This document shows, piece by piece, positions 29,454 through 38,926 of a stretch of 64,000 bases of DNA (positions within the stretch are counted from its first letter, which is position 1; each line of letters begins with the position of its first letter). The notes below the pieces were generated by a model. That model was not told the origin of the DNA. It saw only the letters and a program-made list of their open reading frames with translations, and ran no database searches. The translations under genes and the position numbers were made by a program. Origin of the DNA: Alphaproteobacteria bacterium (GTDB lineage Bacteria; Pseudomonadota; Alphaproteobacteria; GCA-2731375); assembly GCA_965232515.1 (NCBI GenBank), contig CBDDPY010000002.1, positions 5,760,001 to 5,824,000 of the forward strand, in the 5' to 3' direction.

Positions 29454-29684
29454 TTCCAGTCCAAGCCAGAACATGGCCGGTCGCCCGAGCAAGCGGCTGT
29501 CGATGTGCCTTGGCTGGCTCTGCTGCCGGCCGGCACATCCGCACCGGAAGGTGGGTTGGTGCAAATCCGCAAAGTTCTGCCTCGGGCCTTGACGTCACCC
29601 CTTGCACGCCTGTCACCTGCGCTCGGATGATGTTGACGTCGGCTTCAACGACTGATGTCGAGGCAAAAGGGGAGGAACGCGCAT

Positions 29685-30542
29685 ATGCGAGCGGTGAGTG
29701 ACCAAACCATAATGATCACCGGTGCGACGGACGGCATCGGCTTGCTGACAGCGCATGCATTGGCCGGAAAGAACGCCACGCTTCTGGTGCACGGCCGCCA
29801 TCCGACGCGGCTCGCGGATGCCGTCGCGTCGATCCAGGCATCCTCGGGCAACGCGGACGTTCACGGGTTCCTCGCCGACTTTGCGGATCTCGCGTCGGTT
29901 CGGCAGATGGCCGGGGAAATCGAAAAAAGCCATCCCAGCATCGATGTCCTGATCAACAATGCCGGCATTGGTTCGGGCGGTATGGAGAACCGGGAGCGCG
30001 CGTTAAGCCGCCAGGGCCACGAATTGCGCTTTGCCGTGAACTTCCTGGCGCCGTTTCTGTTGACGCATCTGCTTTTGCCTTGCCTGGCGCGCGCCGGTAC
30101 GGCCCGGATCGTCAATGTCGCCTCCGCCGGCCAGCATCCAATCGACTTTTCCGACGTCATGCTCGAGCAAGACTTCTCGGGCCGACGCGCCTACGGTCAG
30201 AGCAAGCTCTCCTTGATCATGTTCACCCTCGCGTTGGCGGAGAAGCTCGCGGGCCAGGCCATCACCGTCAACTGCCACCATCCCGGCTCGCTTCTGGACA
30301 CCAAGATGGTGCGAGAGACCTTCGGCGAGCCCTGGGGAAAGCCGGAGACCGGCGCCGAAGCGCAAGTCTATCTCGCCACCACGCCGGAACTGGCCAACAC
30401 GACCGGACGCTACTTCGACGTCATGGCCGAGGCGACGGCAAATCCCCAAGCCTATGACGCCGAGGCCCGCCGGCAACTCTGGGCGCTTGCCGAACGGCTG
30501 ACATCCCCCGCTGACCCCGGCCATCCCGAGGACGCATCGTGA
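29685..30542 (+). CDS. SDR family oxidoreductase (retinol-dehydrogenase-like)
   Basis: TGATDGIG, NNAG, YGQSK and HPG. Confidence 0.9.
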   Translation: MRAVSDQTIMITGATDGIGLLTAHALAGKNATLLVHGRHPTRLADAVASIQASSGNADVHGFLADFADLASVRQMAGEIEKSHPSIDVLINNAGIGSGGMENRERALSRQGHELRFAVNFLAPFLLTHLLLPCLARAGTARIVNVASAGQHPIDFSDVMLEQDFSGRRAYGQSKLSLIMFTLALAEKLAGQAITVNCHHPGSLLDTKMVRETFGEPWGKPETGAEAQVYLATTPELANTTGRYFDVMAEATANPQAYDAEARRQLWALAERLTSPADPGHPEDAS

Positions 30543-30589
30543 GCGCTTGGGTGAACGAAAAAACTCTTGGCGACGGTTGAACATGAAGG

Positions 30590-30760
30590 CCGCACATCGC
30601 CGCCGTACGAATCGGTTGTAGCAGGTCGTGTAGAGCCGTATCGCTCCGGCAAGTCCACCATGGCGCCCCCAACCTCAAAACCCAGAAGATCCCGTTCAGA
30701 GCGCGCCTGTCATCGACGCGTGGGATACTTCGGAGCTTGAATCGCTCCAACACGAGCTCG
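30590..30760 (-). mobile_element. Degenerate IS5-family transposase fragment
   Basis: PRVDDRRALNGIFWVLRLGAPW / DLPERYG / TCYNRFVR pieces in shifted frames, matching the IS5-family N-terminal motif. Confidence 0.75.
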
Positions 30761-30885
30761 TTCGATGTCTGCCTAATCGCCGGAACCAGACCTTGCGCTT
30801 CACAGACCTATCGTCTCTTACGAGCCCAAACCAACAGTTCAGCCAAGGCCAACCCATTTCCGTATTGGCGGGTACATACACTGAG

Positions 30886-31443
30886 TTAACGCTGTTCGAG
30901 TATGTGGAGTAGCCGCCGCAGGATGATCGATAGATTGGCAATATCTTCCTCGCCGAGCTCATCAATCAAGGAGTCCTCATGGCGGAGAAGTGACTCAACG
31001 GTGGAATCGACAAGGTCTTTTCCTTCAGGCGTCAGTTCTATCCAAACTGCCCTCTGATCTCGCGCTGCCGCAGGCGCCATACCTTTCACGTTGTCGGCTG
31101 AAGCAGAGCGCGTGCTTCGTACCAGACCAGCGGCTTCAGCACGCGCCACACGTTGGGTGATCGCACTTTTGCTTACCCGACAACGGGTGGCCAGTTCATG
31201 CACCCTGAGACGGTACGGATCTCCGGATCGCCGGAGATTTGCCAAAAGATCGCGAAGCGCGGGCTCAATGCCCAATTCATTCATCGTGCGGCGTCGGTCT
31301 TCGGAAAGAAGCTTAGCAATCCGCCAAATACGGGTGATCACACCTATCGACCTCAGGGGCAGATCCGGTCGTATACGAGCCCACTCCGTCTGAATTTGGT
31401 CGATACCGTCAGGCGCATCTTGCCCGGTCATTTTTTTCTGCAT
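30886..31443 (-). CDS. MarR-family regulator (TamR-like)
   Basis: WARIRPDL, LRRSGDPYRL and DQRAVWIELTPEGK. Confidence 0.85.
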   Translation of the reverse strand: MQKKMTGQDAPDGIDQIQTEWARIRPDLPLRSIGVITRIWRIAKLLSEDRRRTMNELGIEPALRDLLANLRRSGDPYRLRVHELATRCRVSKSAITQRVARAEAAGLVRSTRSASADNVKGMAPAAARDQRAVWIELTPEGKDLVDSTVESLLRHEDSLIDELGEEDIANLSIILRRLLHILEQR

Positions 31444-31509
31444 TTTGTCGCTTTGATCCGCTCTTGACGAAAGATGTTTAGGCCTTAACTATGTGCCCAT
31501 CAGCTCACT

Positions 31510-32277
31510 ATGTCGGGAACAATCATGCCACGTACAGTCGTAGTTACGGGCGGCGGAACCGGTATCGGTCGCGCCTGCGCCAAGCATTTTGCCGCTCAGG
31601 ACGACAAAGTCTTCATCACCGGCAGGCGTGCCACGCTACTGGATGAGGTCGCGGCGGCGATCGGGGCGAGATCGGTGGCGTTCGACGCCTCTGACCCGCA
31701 AGATGTGGCAAGCGCCCTCGGCAAACTGCCGGATCGCATCGATGTGTTGGTCAACAATGCAGGCGGCAATACCGATCTCGTCGATTCCGGTTCTCAGAAT
31801 ACTGTCGAGGAAACGCAAACAGCCGCTCGGCTGGCCCAGTTGGCGTCGCGGTGGTCCGCGAATTTCTATGCAAACGTGTTGACGGCTGTGCTGGTCACCA
31901 CTGCGCTCGAGGCTCGCTTTGCTGACGACGCCCGTATCATTACAATCGGGTCGATTGCCGGTCGCACGGGCGGGGGTGGTTCCTACGGCGCGGCCAAGGC
32001 GGCAATCGAAGCATGGACCGCCGACATAGCACGGTCTTATGGCCTTCGGGGGATCACCGCAAATGTCGTTTCGCCGGGGCTAATTGAAAGCACAGAGTTC
32101 TTTCATGGGAAGCTTTCCGATGATCGCCGGTCAGCCCTTACCGAGGCAACCTTTACAAAACGGGCGGGACAACCGGACGATGTCGCCGCTGTGGTGGCAT
32201 TTCTCGCATCCCCGGAAGCGGGACACGTGACGGGACAAGTGATTCCGATTAACGGAGGTGCCCACCTCGCGCGATGA
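31510..32277 (+). CDS. SDR family oxidoreductase
   Basis: TGGGTGIG, NNAG, YGAAK and VTGQVIPINGG. Confidence 0.9.
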   Translation: MSGTIMPRTVVVTGGGTGIGRACAKHFAAQDDKVFITGRRATLLDEVAAAIGARSVAFDASDPQDVASALGKLPDRIDVLVNNAGGNTDLVDSGSQNTVEETQTAARLAQLASRWSANFYANVLTAVLVTTALEARFADDARIITIGSIAGRTGGGGSYGAAKAAIEAWTADIARSYGLRGITANVVSPGLIESTEFFHGKLSDDRRSALTEATFTKRAGQPDDVAAVVAFLASPEAGHVTGQVIPINGGAHLAR

Positions 32278-32519
32278 TCCATCGATGCGGTCATTGGGCC
32301 TGTTTACGAAAAGAACCGACATTCCCGCCTGTGCCACGAATGACCGGAATGTCCGCATCTGGGACGTTGCAGTCTCAGCAGCCGACGTCTGGTCAGTCGC
32401 CGAAACCGGGCGAAGCGGTTTATGTGTACACGGCCTAGAATGGTTGCACTGAGTTCTGCATCGGGTGGAAAGGCAGTGCGTGACGGTTTGCATCCGATCC
32501 ACGTGTCTGACGCGAAACT

Positions 32520-32651
32520 ATGTATACGCCGGCAGAAAAGACGATCGCCCGGATTGTGAAAGTCAATCACGCGGGCGAATACGGTGCGATCCGCATTTAT
32601 CGAGCGCAGATCTGGGTTGCCCGCCGCATGCGATTGGCAGAACAAGGCTGA
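32520..32651 (+). pseudogene. Truncated Coq7/demethoxyubiquinone-hydroxylase-like fragment
   Basis: Manual translation MYTPAEKTIARIVKVNHAGEYGAIRIYRAQIWVARRMRLAEQG*; V(D/N)HAGEYGA..IY is the Coq7 first-helix motif; stops after 43 aa. Confidence 0.65.
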
Positions 32652-32694
32652 TCTGACAGCATAGGCGCCGGTTGTAGACACGGCGGGGTCGGGG

Positions 32695-33867
32695 ATGACG
32701 GACAGCGTGAATGCCTTTGTGCCGGGCATGGAATTTCGAATCGAGGGCGCGTCCGGCGGACCGCTTACCGGGCTTACCTTTGCCGCGAAGGATCTGTTCG
32801 ACGTCGCCGGCTATCCGACCGGCGGCGGCAATCCCGACTGGCAGCGTCAGAATCCGGTGCCCGAACGCCACGCCTGGGCCGTGCAGACGCTGCTCGACGC
32901 CGGCGCGACGCTGATCGGCAAGACCGTCACCGACGAGGTTTCGCTCGGCATCCTCGGCGAGAACGCCTTCGACGGCACGCCCGTCAACAGCGCCGCGCCC
33001 GACCGGGTGCCGGGCGGCTCGTCCTCCGGCTCGGCCGCGGCCGTCGCCGCCGGCCTCTGCGACCTCGCGCTCGGCACCGACACCGGCGGCTCGGTGCGCG
33101 TGCCGGCGAGCTTCTGCGGCCTCTATGGTATCCGCCCCACGCATGGCCGGCTGGACTTGAGCGGCATGCTGCCGCAAGCGCCGAGCTCCGATACCACCGG
33201 CTGGTTCGCCCGTGACGCCGGCACCTTCGCCCGCGCTGCCGAGGTCCTGTTCGGCGAGCCGGCGCCGGAGGCGCTGCCGACCCGCCTGATCGTCGCCACG
33301 GACGCGTTCGGCTTCGCCGAGCCCGAGACCCGCGCCGCGCTGCGGCCGCTGGTCGACCGCCTCGGCGCCCTCGTCGGCGAGGTCAGCGAGGACATCATGG
33401 CGCCGCCCGGCCTGTCGGTCTGGGGCCGGGCCCAGCGCACGCTGCAACCGGCCGAAGCCTGGGCCACCTTCAAGGACTGGATCGAGCGCGACAATCCGCG
33501 CTTCGCCTTCAACGTCGCCCGCGGCCTGATCATGGGCGCTGATATGCCCGAGGGCGAGCTCGCCTGGGCCCGTCTGATGCGCCGCGAGGCCCGCGCCCGC
33601 CTCGAACACCTGCTGCCGCACGGCACGATCCTCTGTTTGCCGACGACGCCGTTCCCGGCGCCCAAGAAAAACCTTCCCCTGCCGGAACAGAATGGCTTGC
33701 GCGAGCAGATCCTCTGTCTCTGCGCCCATGGCGGCCTCGCCGGCCTGCCGCAGCTCAACATTCCCGGCGCCCACGTCGACGGCGCCCCCGTCGGCCTCTC
33801 CATCATGGCTGCCCGCGGCGCCGACATGACGCTGGTCGCTGTCGCGCGGTCGCTCGCGGAAGCATGA
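32695..33867 (+). CDS. Amidase-signature family amidase
   Basis: AAKDLFD, PGGSSSGSAAAV and GTDTGGSVRVPAS. Confidence 0.93.
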   Translation: MTDSVNAFVPGMEFRIEGASGGPLTGLTFAAKDLFDVAGYPTGGGNPDWQRQNPVPERHAWAVQTLLDAGATLIGKTVTDEVSLGILGENAFDGTPVNSAAPDRVPGGSSSGSAAAVAAGLCDLALGTDTGGSVRVPASFCGLYGIRPTHGRLDLSGMLPQAPSSDTTGWFARDAGTFARAAEVLFGEPAPEALPTRLIVATDAFGFAEPETRAALRPLVDRLGALVGEVSEDIMAPPGLSVWGRAQRTLQPAEAWATFKDWIERDNPRFAFNVARGLIMGADMPEGELAWARLMRREARARLEHLLPHGTILCLPTTPFPAPKKNLPLPEQNGLREQILCLCAHGGLAGLPQLNIPGAHVDGAPVGLSIMAARGADMTLVAVARSLAEA

Positions 33868-33874
33868 ACCCAAC

Positions 33875-33943
33875 CGTCACACTGGCGCAGGCCAGGGTCC
33901 ATTGCTGCAGTCGTCATGGATGCCGGCCTGCGCCGGCATGACG
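33875..33943. repeat. CGTC-type REP doublet (degenerate)
   Basis: cgtcacactggcgcaggccagggtcca ... tggatgccggcctgcgccggcatgacg. Confidence 0.7.
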
Positions 33944-33963
33944 ACGAAGAGGAGGTTCGAGCA

Positions 33964-34368
33964 TTGGACGAATTCACCCCCAACATCCCCGAGGTCGTGG
34001 CCGAGGTTTCGGCGCTGTTCGAGCGCTACGAAAAGGCGCTCGCCGAAAAGAACGTCGACGTCCTCGACGACACCTTCTGGAACAGCCCGCACACCATCCG
34101 CTACGCCCTGCACGAGCACGGCTACGGCTTCGACCAGATCCACCAGCACCGCGTCGCCCGCCCGGCCGGACCCGGCCTGAAGGAAAAGCGCCTGCGGCTC
34201 GAGATCGTCACCATCGGCCGCGACTTCGCCACCACCAACCTCGAGTTCAAGGTCCGCGGCCACGACCTCACCGGCCGCCAGTCACAGACCTGGGTCCGCT
34301 TCCCCGACGTCGGCTGGAAGGTCGTCGCCGCCCACGTCTCCACCACCGACGGCCAGCCGCTGTGGTAA
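33964..34368 (+). CDS. AtzH/HpxZ-like (DUF3225) protein
   Basis: EVVAEVSALFERYEKAL, FWNSPHTIRY, GRQSQTWVRF and WKVVAAHVS; TTG start after GAGGAGG. Confidence 0.85.
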   Translation: MDEFTPNIPEVVAEVSALFERYEKALAEKNVDVLDDTFWNSPHTIRYALHEHGYGFDQIHQHRVARPAGPGLKEKRLRLEIVTIGRDFATTNLEFKVRGHDLTGRQSQTWVRFPDVGWKVVAAHVSTTDGQPLW

Positions 34369-34375
34369 CGGCGGT

Positions 34376-35347
34376 TTAACCGAGCAGGCCGATCAGTCGC
34401 GCCAGCTCGTCGGCCTGCTCGGCGACGATCTCCTCGGCCTCCCGTTGCAGGTTGGCGACGTTGCCGGCGGCCGCCGCGTCCATGTCGTCGAGCGCCAGGT
34501 TCAGCCGCGTGTCGAAGCGGAAGTAGCGCTGTGCATCGCCCGCTTTGACGTCGGGCAGGAGTTGCCGCAGCTGATAGTCGGCCGCGTCGGCCTCGCCGTC
34601 CATCATGATGCTGATCACGGGCCGCACCCAGCCGAGCAGTCCCCAGTCCTTGGCGTCGTCGAACGGGATCTTCCGCGTCGCGACGCCGGTGCCGAGCGAG
34701 ACCATCAGCATGTCATCCGGCGCTTGCCCCATCGCCGCCGCCTCGGCGAAGGCGCTCATGCCGGGATTGTTGACGAAGACGCCGCCGTCGATCAGCGCCC
34801 GCCGCGTCGGTTTCTTGGCGAGGCTCTTGACCAGTTCCGGCTCGAAATAGGTCGGCGCCGCCGAGGTCGCCCGCGCGGCGTCGCGCAGGTAATGGTTGCG
34901 GTCCTTCTTTTCCTTCGCCCGCCGGGTCTTGAAGAAATAGGGTTCGCGCCGTTCGATGTCGTAGCTCGTCAGCATCACCGGCGTGAGGCAATCAGCCAGC
35001 GTCGCGTCGCCGAGATACTCCTTCAGCAGCTTTTCCAGCGGCGCTTCGTCATACTTCTCGTCGCCGATGCCGCCCAATGATGTGACGCCATCCCAGAGCG
35101 AGCGATCGAAGATCTCCCGCCCACGCTCGACATATAGCGCCAGCATGTCGGCCGCCGAAAACTTCGGCTTGCCGCCCGCGCCCGGCGCTGCCAGTCCCGC
35201 GGCCAGAATGCCGCCCGTCGACGTGCCGACGATCAGGTCGAACATTTTGGCGACCGGCTTGCCCGTCGCGCTTTCGAGATGCGTCAGCAGCGCCGCCGGG
35301 ATCACCCCGCGAATGCCGCCGCCGTCGATCGACAGAATCTTGAACAT
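34376..35347 (-). CDS. Patatin-like phospholipase
   Basis: DGGGIRG, GTSTG, SAAPTYF and DGG. Confidence 0.92.
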   Translation of the reverse strand: MFKILSIDGGGIRGVIPAALLTHLESATGKPVAKMFDLIVGTSTGGILAAGLAAPGAGGKPKFSAADMLALYVERGREIFDRSLWDGVTSLGGIGDEKYDEAPLEKLLKEYLGDATLADCLTPVMLTSYDIERREPYFFKTRRAKEKKDRNHYLRDAARATSAAPTYFEPELVKSLAKKPTRRALIDGGVFVNNPGMSAFAEAAAMGQAPDDMLMVSLGTGVATRKIPFDDAKDWGLLGWVRPVISIMMDGEADAADYQLRQLLPDVKAGDAQRYFRFDTRLNLALDDMDAAAAGNVANLQREAEEIVAEQADELARLIGLLG

Positions 35348-35433
35348 GCGCCCTCCGAATCGTTTTTTCCCATATTACGATCCGATTGTTTCCGCGTGAC
35401 GTCTTTGTAAGACATCGCAGCGGGCGCGTCGGT

Positions 35434-36549
35434 TCAGGCGACGATTTCGCCGAGTAGCCGGTTGACGTCGGCGGCGGCTTCCATGTGGGGCAGGTGGCCG
35501 GCGTCGACCAGGTGGACGGGGACGTTGGCGGGCAGGGCGTCGGCGTGCGCCGGCGGCAGGATGCGGTCCTGGCGGCCCCAGACGGCTTGCGCCGGCACGG
35601 CGAGGTCGCCGAGGCGGTCGGCCAGCAGATTGCTCTGCCGGCCGTCGGCGAAGACCCGGTCGGCGATGGCGCGCAGGCCGGCGTCGACACCGTCGAGGCG
35701 TTTGAACTTCAGCACGTCGTTGACCATGTCGCGGCTGACCAGGCTCTCGTCCGCCACCAGCATGGCCAGCACCGCCTTCATTTCCTTGCGGCGGCCGGCG
35801 GCGATGAAGCCGTCGATGTAATCCATGTTGATCTCGGGTCCCAGCCCGGCGGGCGCGATCAGCGTCAGGCTCGCGGCCCTTTCCGGTTGCGACAGCGCCA
35901 GTTCGGCGACGACGGCGCCGCCCAGCGAATGGCCGGCGAGATGGGCCGCGCCGATGCCGGCGGCCGCCATGAAATCGCCGACCGCCGAGGTCAGCGACGC
36001 CAGATCGCCTTCGCCAACGTCCTTGCCCGAAATGCCGTGTCCCGGCAGGTCGAGCGCATAGACCGCGCGGCCGTCTGCCAGCGCCGGCTGGTTGAAGAGC
36101 CAGTTGTTCATGTCGCCGCCGAAGCCGTGCACCAGCAGCAAGGGCGTGCCGTCGCCGTCGCCCACCTTCAGGAACGCCATCTGCCGGCCGCCGGCCTCGA
36201 TGCTCTCGGGCGCCGGCGCGGCCGCCGCGCTCTCCTTGGCGGCGACCGCGAACTCGGCCTGGAATTCGGCGACGTAGGCGTCGATGTCGGCGTCGGGCAT
36301 ATCAGCGTCGGCGATCACGCCCAGCAGCGCACCGACCGGCACGGTCTCGCCCTCGGGCACGACCTGCCGGCGCAGCACGCCGGTCTCCGTCGACTCGTAC
36401 GCGTTGGTGATCTTGGACGTCTCGATGTCCATCACCTCGTCGCCGTTTTTAACCGCGCCGCCTTCGTCCACATGCCAGGCCGCGACCATGCCCTCCTCCA
36501 TGGCCAGACCCCATTTCGGCATGGTGATCGCCCGGATCTCCCCGCTCAT
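35434..36549 (-). CDS. acoC: Acetoin dehydrogenase E2-like component (lipoyl domain + alpha/beta hydrolase)
   Basis: MPKWGLAMEEG, ETSKI lipoyl-Lys, HGFGGD, GHSLGG and GHLPHME. Confidence 0.88.
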   Translation of the reverse strand: MSGEIRAITMPKWGLAMEEGMVAAWHVDEGGAVKNGDEVMDIETSKITNAYESTETGVLRRQVVPEGETVPVGALLGVIADADMPDADIDAYVAEFQAEFAVAAKESAAAAPAPESIEAGGRQMAFLKVGDGDGTPLLLVHGFGGDMNNWLFNQPALADGRAVYALDLPGHGISGKDVGEGDLASLTSAVGDFMAAAGIGAAHLAGHSLGGAVVAELALSQPERAASLTLIAPAGLGPEINMDYIDGFIAAGRRKEMKAVLAMLVADESLVSRDMVNDVLKFKRLDGVDAGLRAIADRVFADGRQSNLLADRLGDLAVPAQAVWGRQDRILPPAHADALPANVPVHLVDAGHLPHMEAAADVNRLLGEIVA

Positions 36550-36580
36550 CCCGTCCGCTCCCTTAGCTCTTGCCGCCGCG

Positions 36581-36677
36581 CTTCGAGACGCTTGCTGCGC
36601 AAGCTCCTCAGCGTGAGGTCAGTGCGTGTGACAACGCGAGACCTTATCCTGAGGAGGCCCGAAGGGCCGTCTCGAAG
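36581..36677. repeat. RIME-like palindromic doublet (second repeat family)
   Basis: cttcgagacg...ctcctcagcgtgagg ... ccttatcctgaggaggcccgaagggccgtctcgaag between acoB and acoC. Confidence 0.7.
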
Positions 36678-36679
36678 GA

Positions 36680-37693
36680 TCACGCTCCGTACTGATGCAC
36701 CTCGCGCACCGCGGCCTCGATCTTGTCGGGCGTCGGCACGTAGAGGTCTTCCAGCTCCGGCGCGAACGGCACCGGCGTGTGCGGCGGCGTCACCTTCTTG
36801 ATCGGCGCCTTCAGCGCGCCGAAGGCGTTCTCGCTGATCAGCGCCGAGATGTCGGTCGCCATGTTGCAGCGCGGGCTCGCCTCGTCGACCACCACGACCC
36901 GGCCGGTCTCCTCGGCGCATTCGATGATGGTGTCGTCGTCGAGCGGCGAGGTCGTGCGCGGGTCCACGACCGTGCAGCTGATGCCGTCGGCTTCGAGCTT
37001 GTCCGCCACCTGGTTCGCGAACGTCACCATGCGGCCGATCGCCACGATGGTCACGTCGTCGCCCTCCCGCGTCAGGTTCGCCTCGCCGAAGGGGATCGTA
37101 TAGGCCTCGTCCGGAACTTCCTCTTCGTCGTCATACATCACCTTGTGCTCGAAGAAGATCACCGGATCGTCGTCGCGGATTGCCTGGATCATCAGGCCTT
37201 TCGCTTCGTACGGCGACGACGGGATCACCACCTTCAGCCCGGGCACGTGCGTGAATACCGGATAGAGGCACTGGCTGTGCTGGCTCGCGGCCCGGAAGCC
37301 GGCGCCGTACATGGTGCGGATCACCAGCGGCGTCACCGCCTTGCCGCCGAACATGTAACGGAACTTGCCGGCCTGGTTGAAGATCTGGTCGAAGCAGACG
37401 CCCATGAAGTCGACGAACATCAGCTCCGCCACCGGCCTGAGCCCCGTCGCCGCCGCGCCCGCCGCGGCGCCGATAAACGCGCTCTCGGTGATCGGCGTGT
37501 CGAGCACGCGGTCGCGGCCGAACTCCGGCGCCAGGCCCTTGGTCACGCCCAGCACGCCGCCCCAGGCATCGTCCTCGCCCGGCGCGCCCATGCCGCCGAC
37601 ATTGTCCTCGCCCATGACGATCACGGTCGGATCGCGCCGCATCTCCTGCGCCAGCGCTTCGTTCAGGGCATCGCGATAGGTCTTTTTGCTCAT
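36680..37693 (-). CDS. acoB: Acetoin dehydrogenase E1 beta subunit
   Basis: DAWGGVLGVTKGL, DTPITESAF, FDQIFNQ and ASQHSQ. Confidence 0.9.
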   Translation of the reverse strand: MSKKTYRDALNEALAQEMRRDPTVIVMGEDNVGGMGAPGEDDAWGGVLGVTKGLAPEFGRDRVLDTPITESAFIGAAAGAAATGLRPVAELMFVDFMGVCFDQIFNQAGKFRYMFGGKAVTPLVIRTMYGAGFRAASQHSQCLYPVFTHVPGLKVVIPSSPYEAKGLMIQAIRDDDPVIFFEHKVMYDDEEEVPDEAYTIPFGEANLTREGDDVTIVAIGRMVTFANQVADKLEADGISCTVVDPRTTSPLDDDTIIECAEETGRVVVVDEASPRCNMATDISALISENAFGALKAPIKKVTPPHTPVPFAPELEDLYVPTPDKIEAAVREVHQYGA

Positions 37694-37705
37694 GACGCGC
37701 CTCCC

Positions 37706-38674
37706 TCAATAGGACACGTAGACATCGGTCGTCAGGTCCTCGGGACCCGGCGGCGGCGCGGCGATGGCGTCCGCTGTCGCCGTGTCGATCATGGCCGTCA
37801 CCTCGGCCTCGATCTCGTCGAGCTGTTCCGGCTCCAGCAGGCCGGTCTCGGTCACCCGCTGCCGGAACGCGGCCAGGCAGTCCTTCTCGGCCTTGATCGC
37901 GTCGACCTCGCCGTCGCCGCGGTAGGTCATGGCGTCGCCTTCGAAGTGGCCGTAATAGCGGTTCAGCGTCACGTGCAGCAGGCTCGGCCCGTTGCCGCTG
38001 CGGGCCCGGTCGATGGCTTCGCCGGCCGCGTCGTAGACGTCGAAGAAGTCGTGTCCGTCGACCGAGCGGGTGGCGAGCCCGAAGCCCTTGCCGCGCTCGA
38101 TCTGGCTGCCGCCGACCGACCACTCGCTCGCTGTCGACTCGGCATAGCCGTTGTCCTCGACCACGAAGATCGCCGGCAGGTTCCAGACCTTGGCGAGGTT
38201 GTAGGATTCGAGCGTCGTGCCCTGGTTCGAGGCGCCGTCGCCGACGAACGCGATGGCGACGCCACGGGTGCGGAGCGTCTTCGCGCTCAAGGCCGCGCCG
38301 CAGATCAGCGGCGGCCCGCCGCCGACGATGCCGTTCGCGCCCATCATGCCCTTCGCCAGATCGGCGATATGCATGGAACCGCCCTTGCCGCCGCACAGGC
38401 CGTCTTTTCGGCCATAGATTTCCTTCATCATGCCGCCGACGTCGCAGCCCTTGGCGATGCAATGACCGTGGCCGCGGTGCGTGCTGGCGATATAGTCGTC
38501 GTCGTTCAAGTGCAGGCAGAAGCCCGCGGCGGACGCCTCCTCGCCGGCATAGAGATGCACGAAGCCGGGGATCGACCCCGTCGCGAATTCGGTATGCACC
38601 CGGTCCTCGAACTGCCGGATGGTCTGCATGGTGCGATAGGCGTGGATCAGCGTGTCGCGGCTGAGCTGCAGCAT
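37706..38674 (-). CDS. acoA: Acetoin dehydrogenase E1 alpha subunit
   Basis: PGFVHLYAGEEA, STHRGHGH, GDGASNQG TPP motif and GHFEGD. Confidence 0.9.
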   Translation of the reverse strand: MLQLSRDTLIHAYRTMQTIRQFEDRVHTEFATGSIPGFVHLYAGEEASAAGFCLHLNDDDYIASTHRGHGHCIAKGCDVGGMMKEIYGRKDGLCGGKGGSMHIADLAKGMMGANGIVGGGPPLICGAALSAKTLRTRGVAIAFVGDGASNQGTTLESYNLAKVWNLPAIFVVEDNGYAESTASEWSVGGSQIERGKGFGLATRSVDGHDFFDVYDAAGEAIDRARSGNGPSLLHVTLNRYYGHFEGDAMTYRGDGEVDAIKAEKDCLAAFRQRVTETGLLEPEQLDEIEAEVTAMIDTATADAIAAPPPGPEDLTTDVYVSY

Positions 38675-38926
38675 GCCGGTCTCCCTCCCGTTGTTGTTGC
38701 TTGTCGATGACGCCGTTGCGGCTTGTCGTTATGGCAAGAAGCTTAACGGAATTCCGGGCATAGGGAAGGGGAGAACCGTGACGCCCGCATCCGTCGCAAG
38801 ATTGTCACGGAGATCGGGCCCCTGTTCCGCCACGCCGACCGGGCGATCGCCCGTGTCTTGTTTGCGTCGGCGACGGAATACCCATTTATGCAAACACATC
38901 CGGTCGCCCGCAGTCGTGAATAGCCA

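Noticed and set aside
33916-33963. Repeat-derived N-terminus (MDAGLRRHD) for the AtzH-like gene
   Set aside because: A strong GAGGAGG RBS precedes an in-frame TTG at 33964, downstream of the repeat.
34376-35347. Patatin as a CBASS CapV-type defence effector
   Set aside because: No CD-NTase or Cap2/Cap3 genes nearby; GC matches the host and the neighbours are metabolic.
35434-38674. Lipoyl + alpha/beta-hydrolase fusion and missing E3 as novel
   Set aside because: This is the known AcoC architecture in proteobacterial acoABC operons; E3 is commonly encoded elsewhere.
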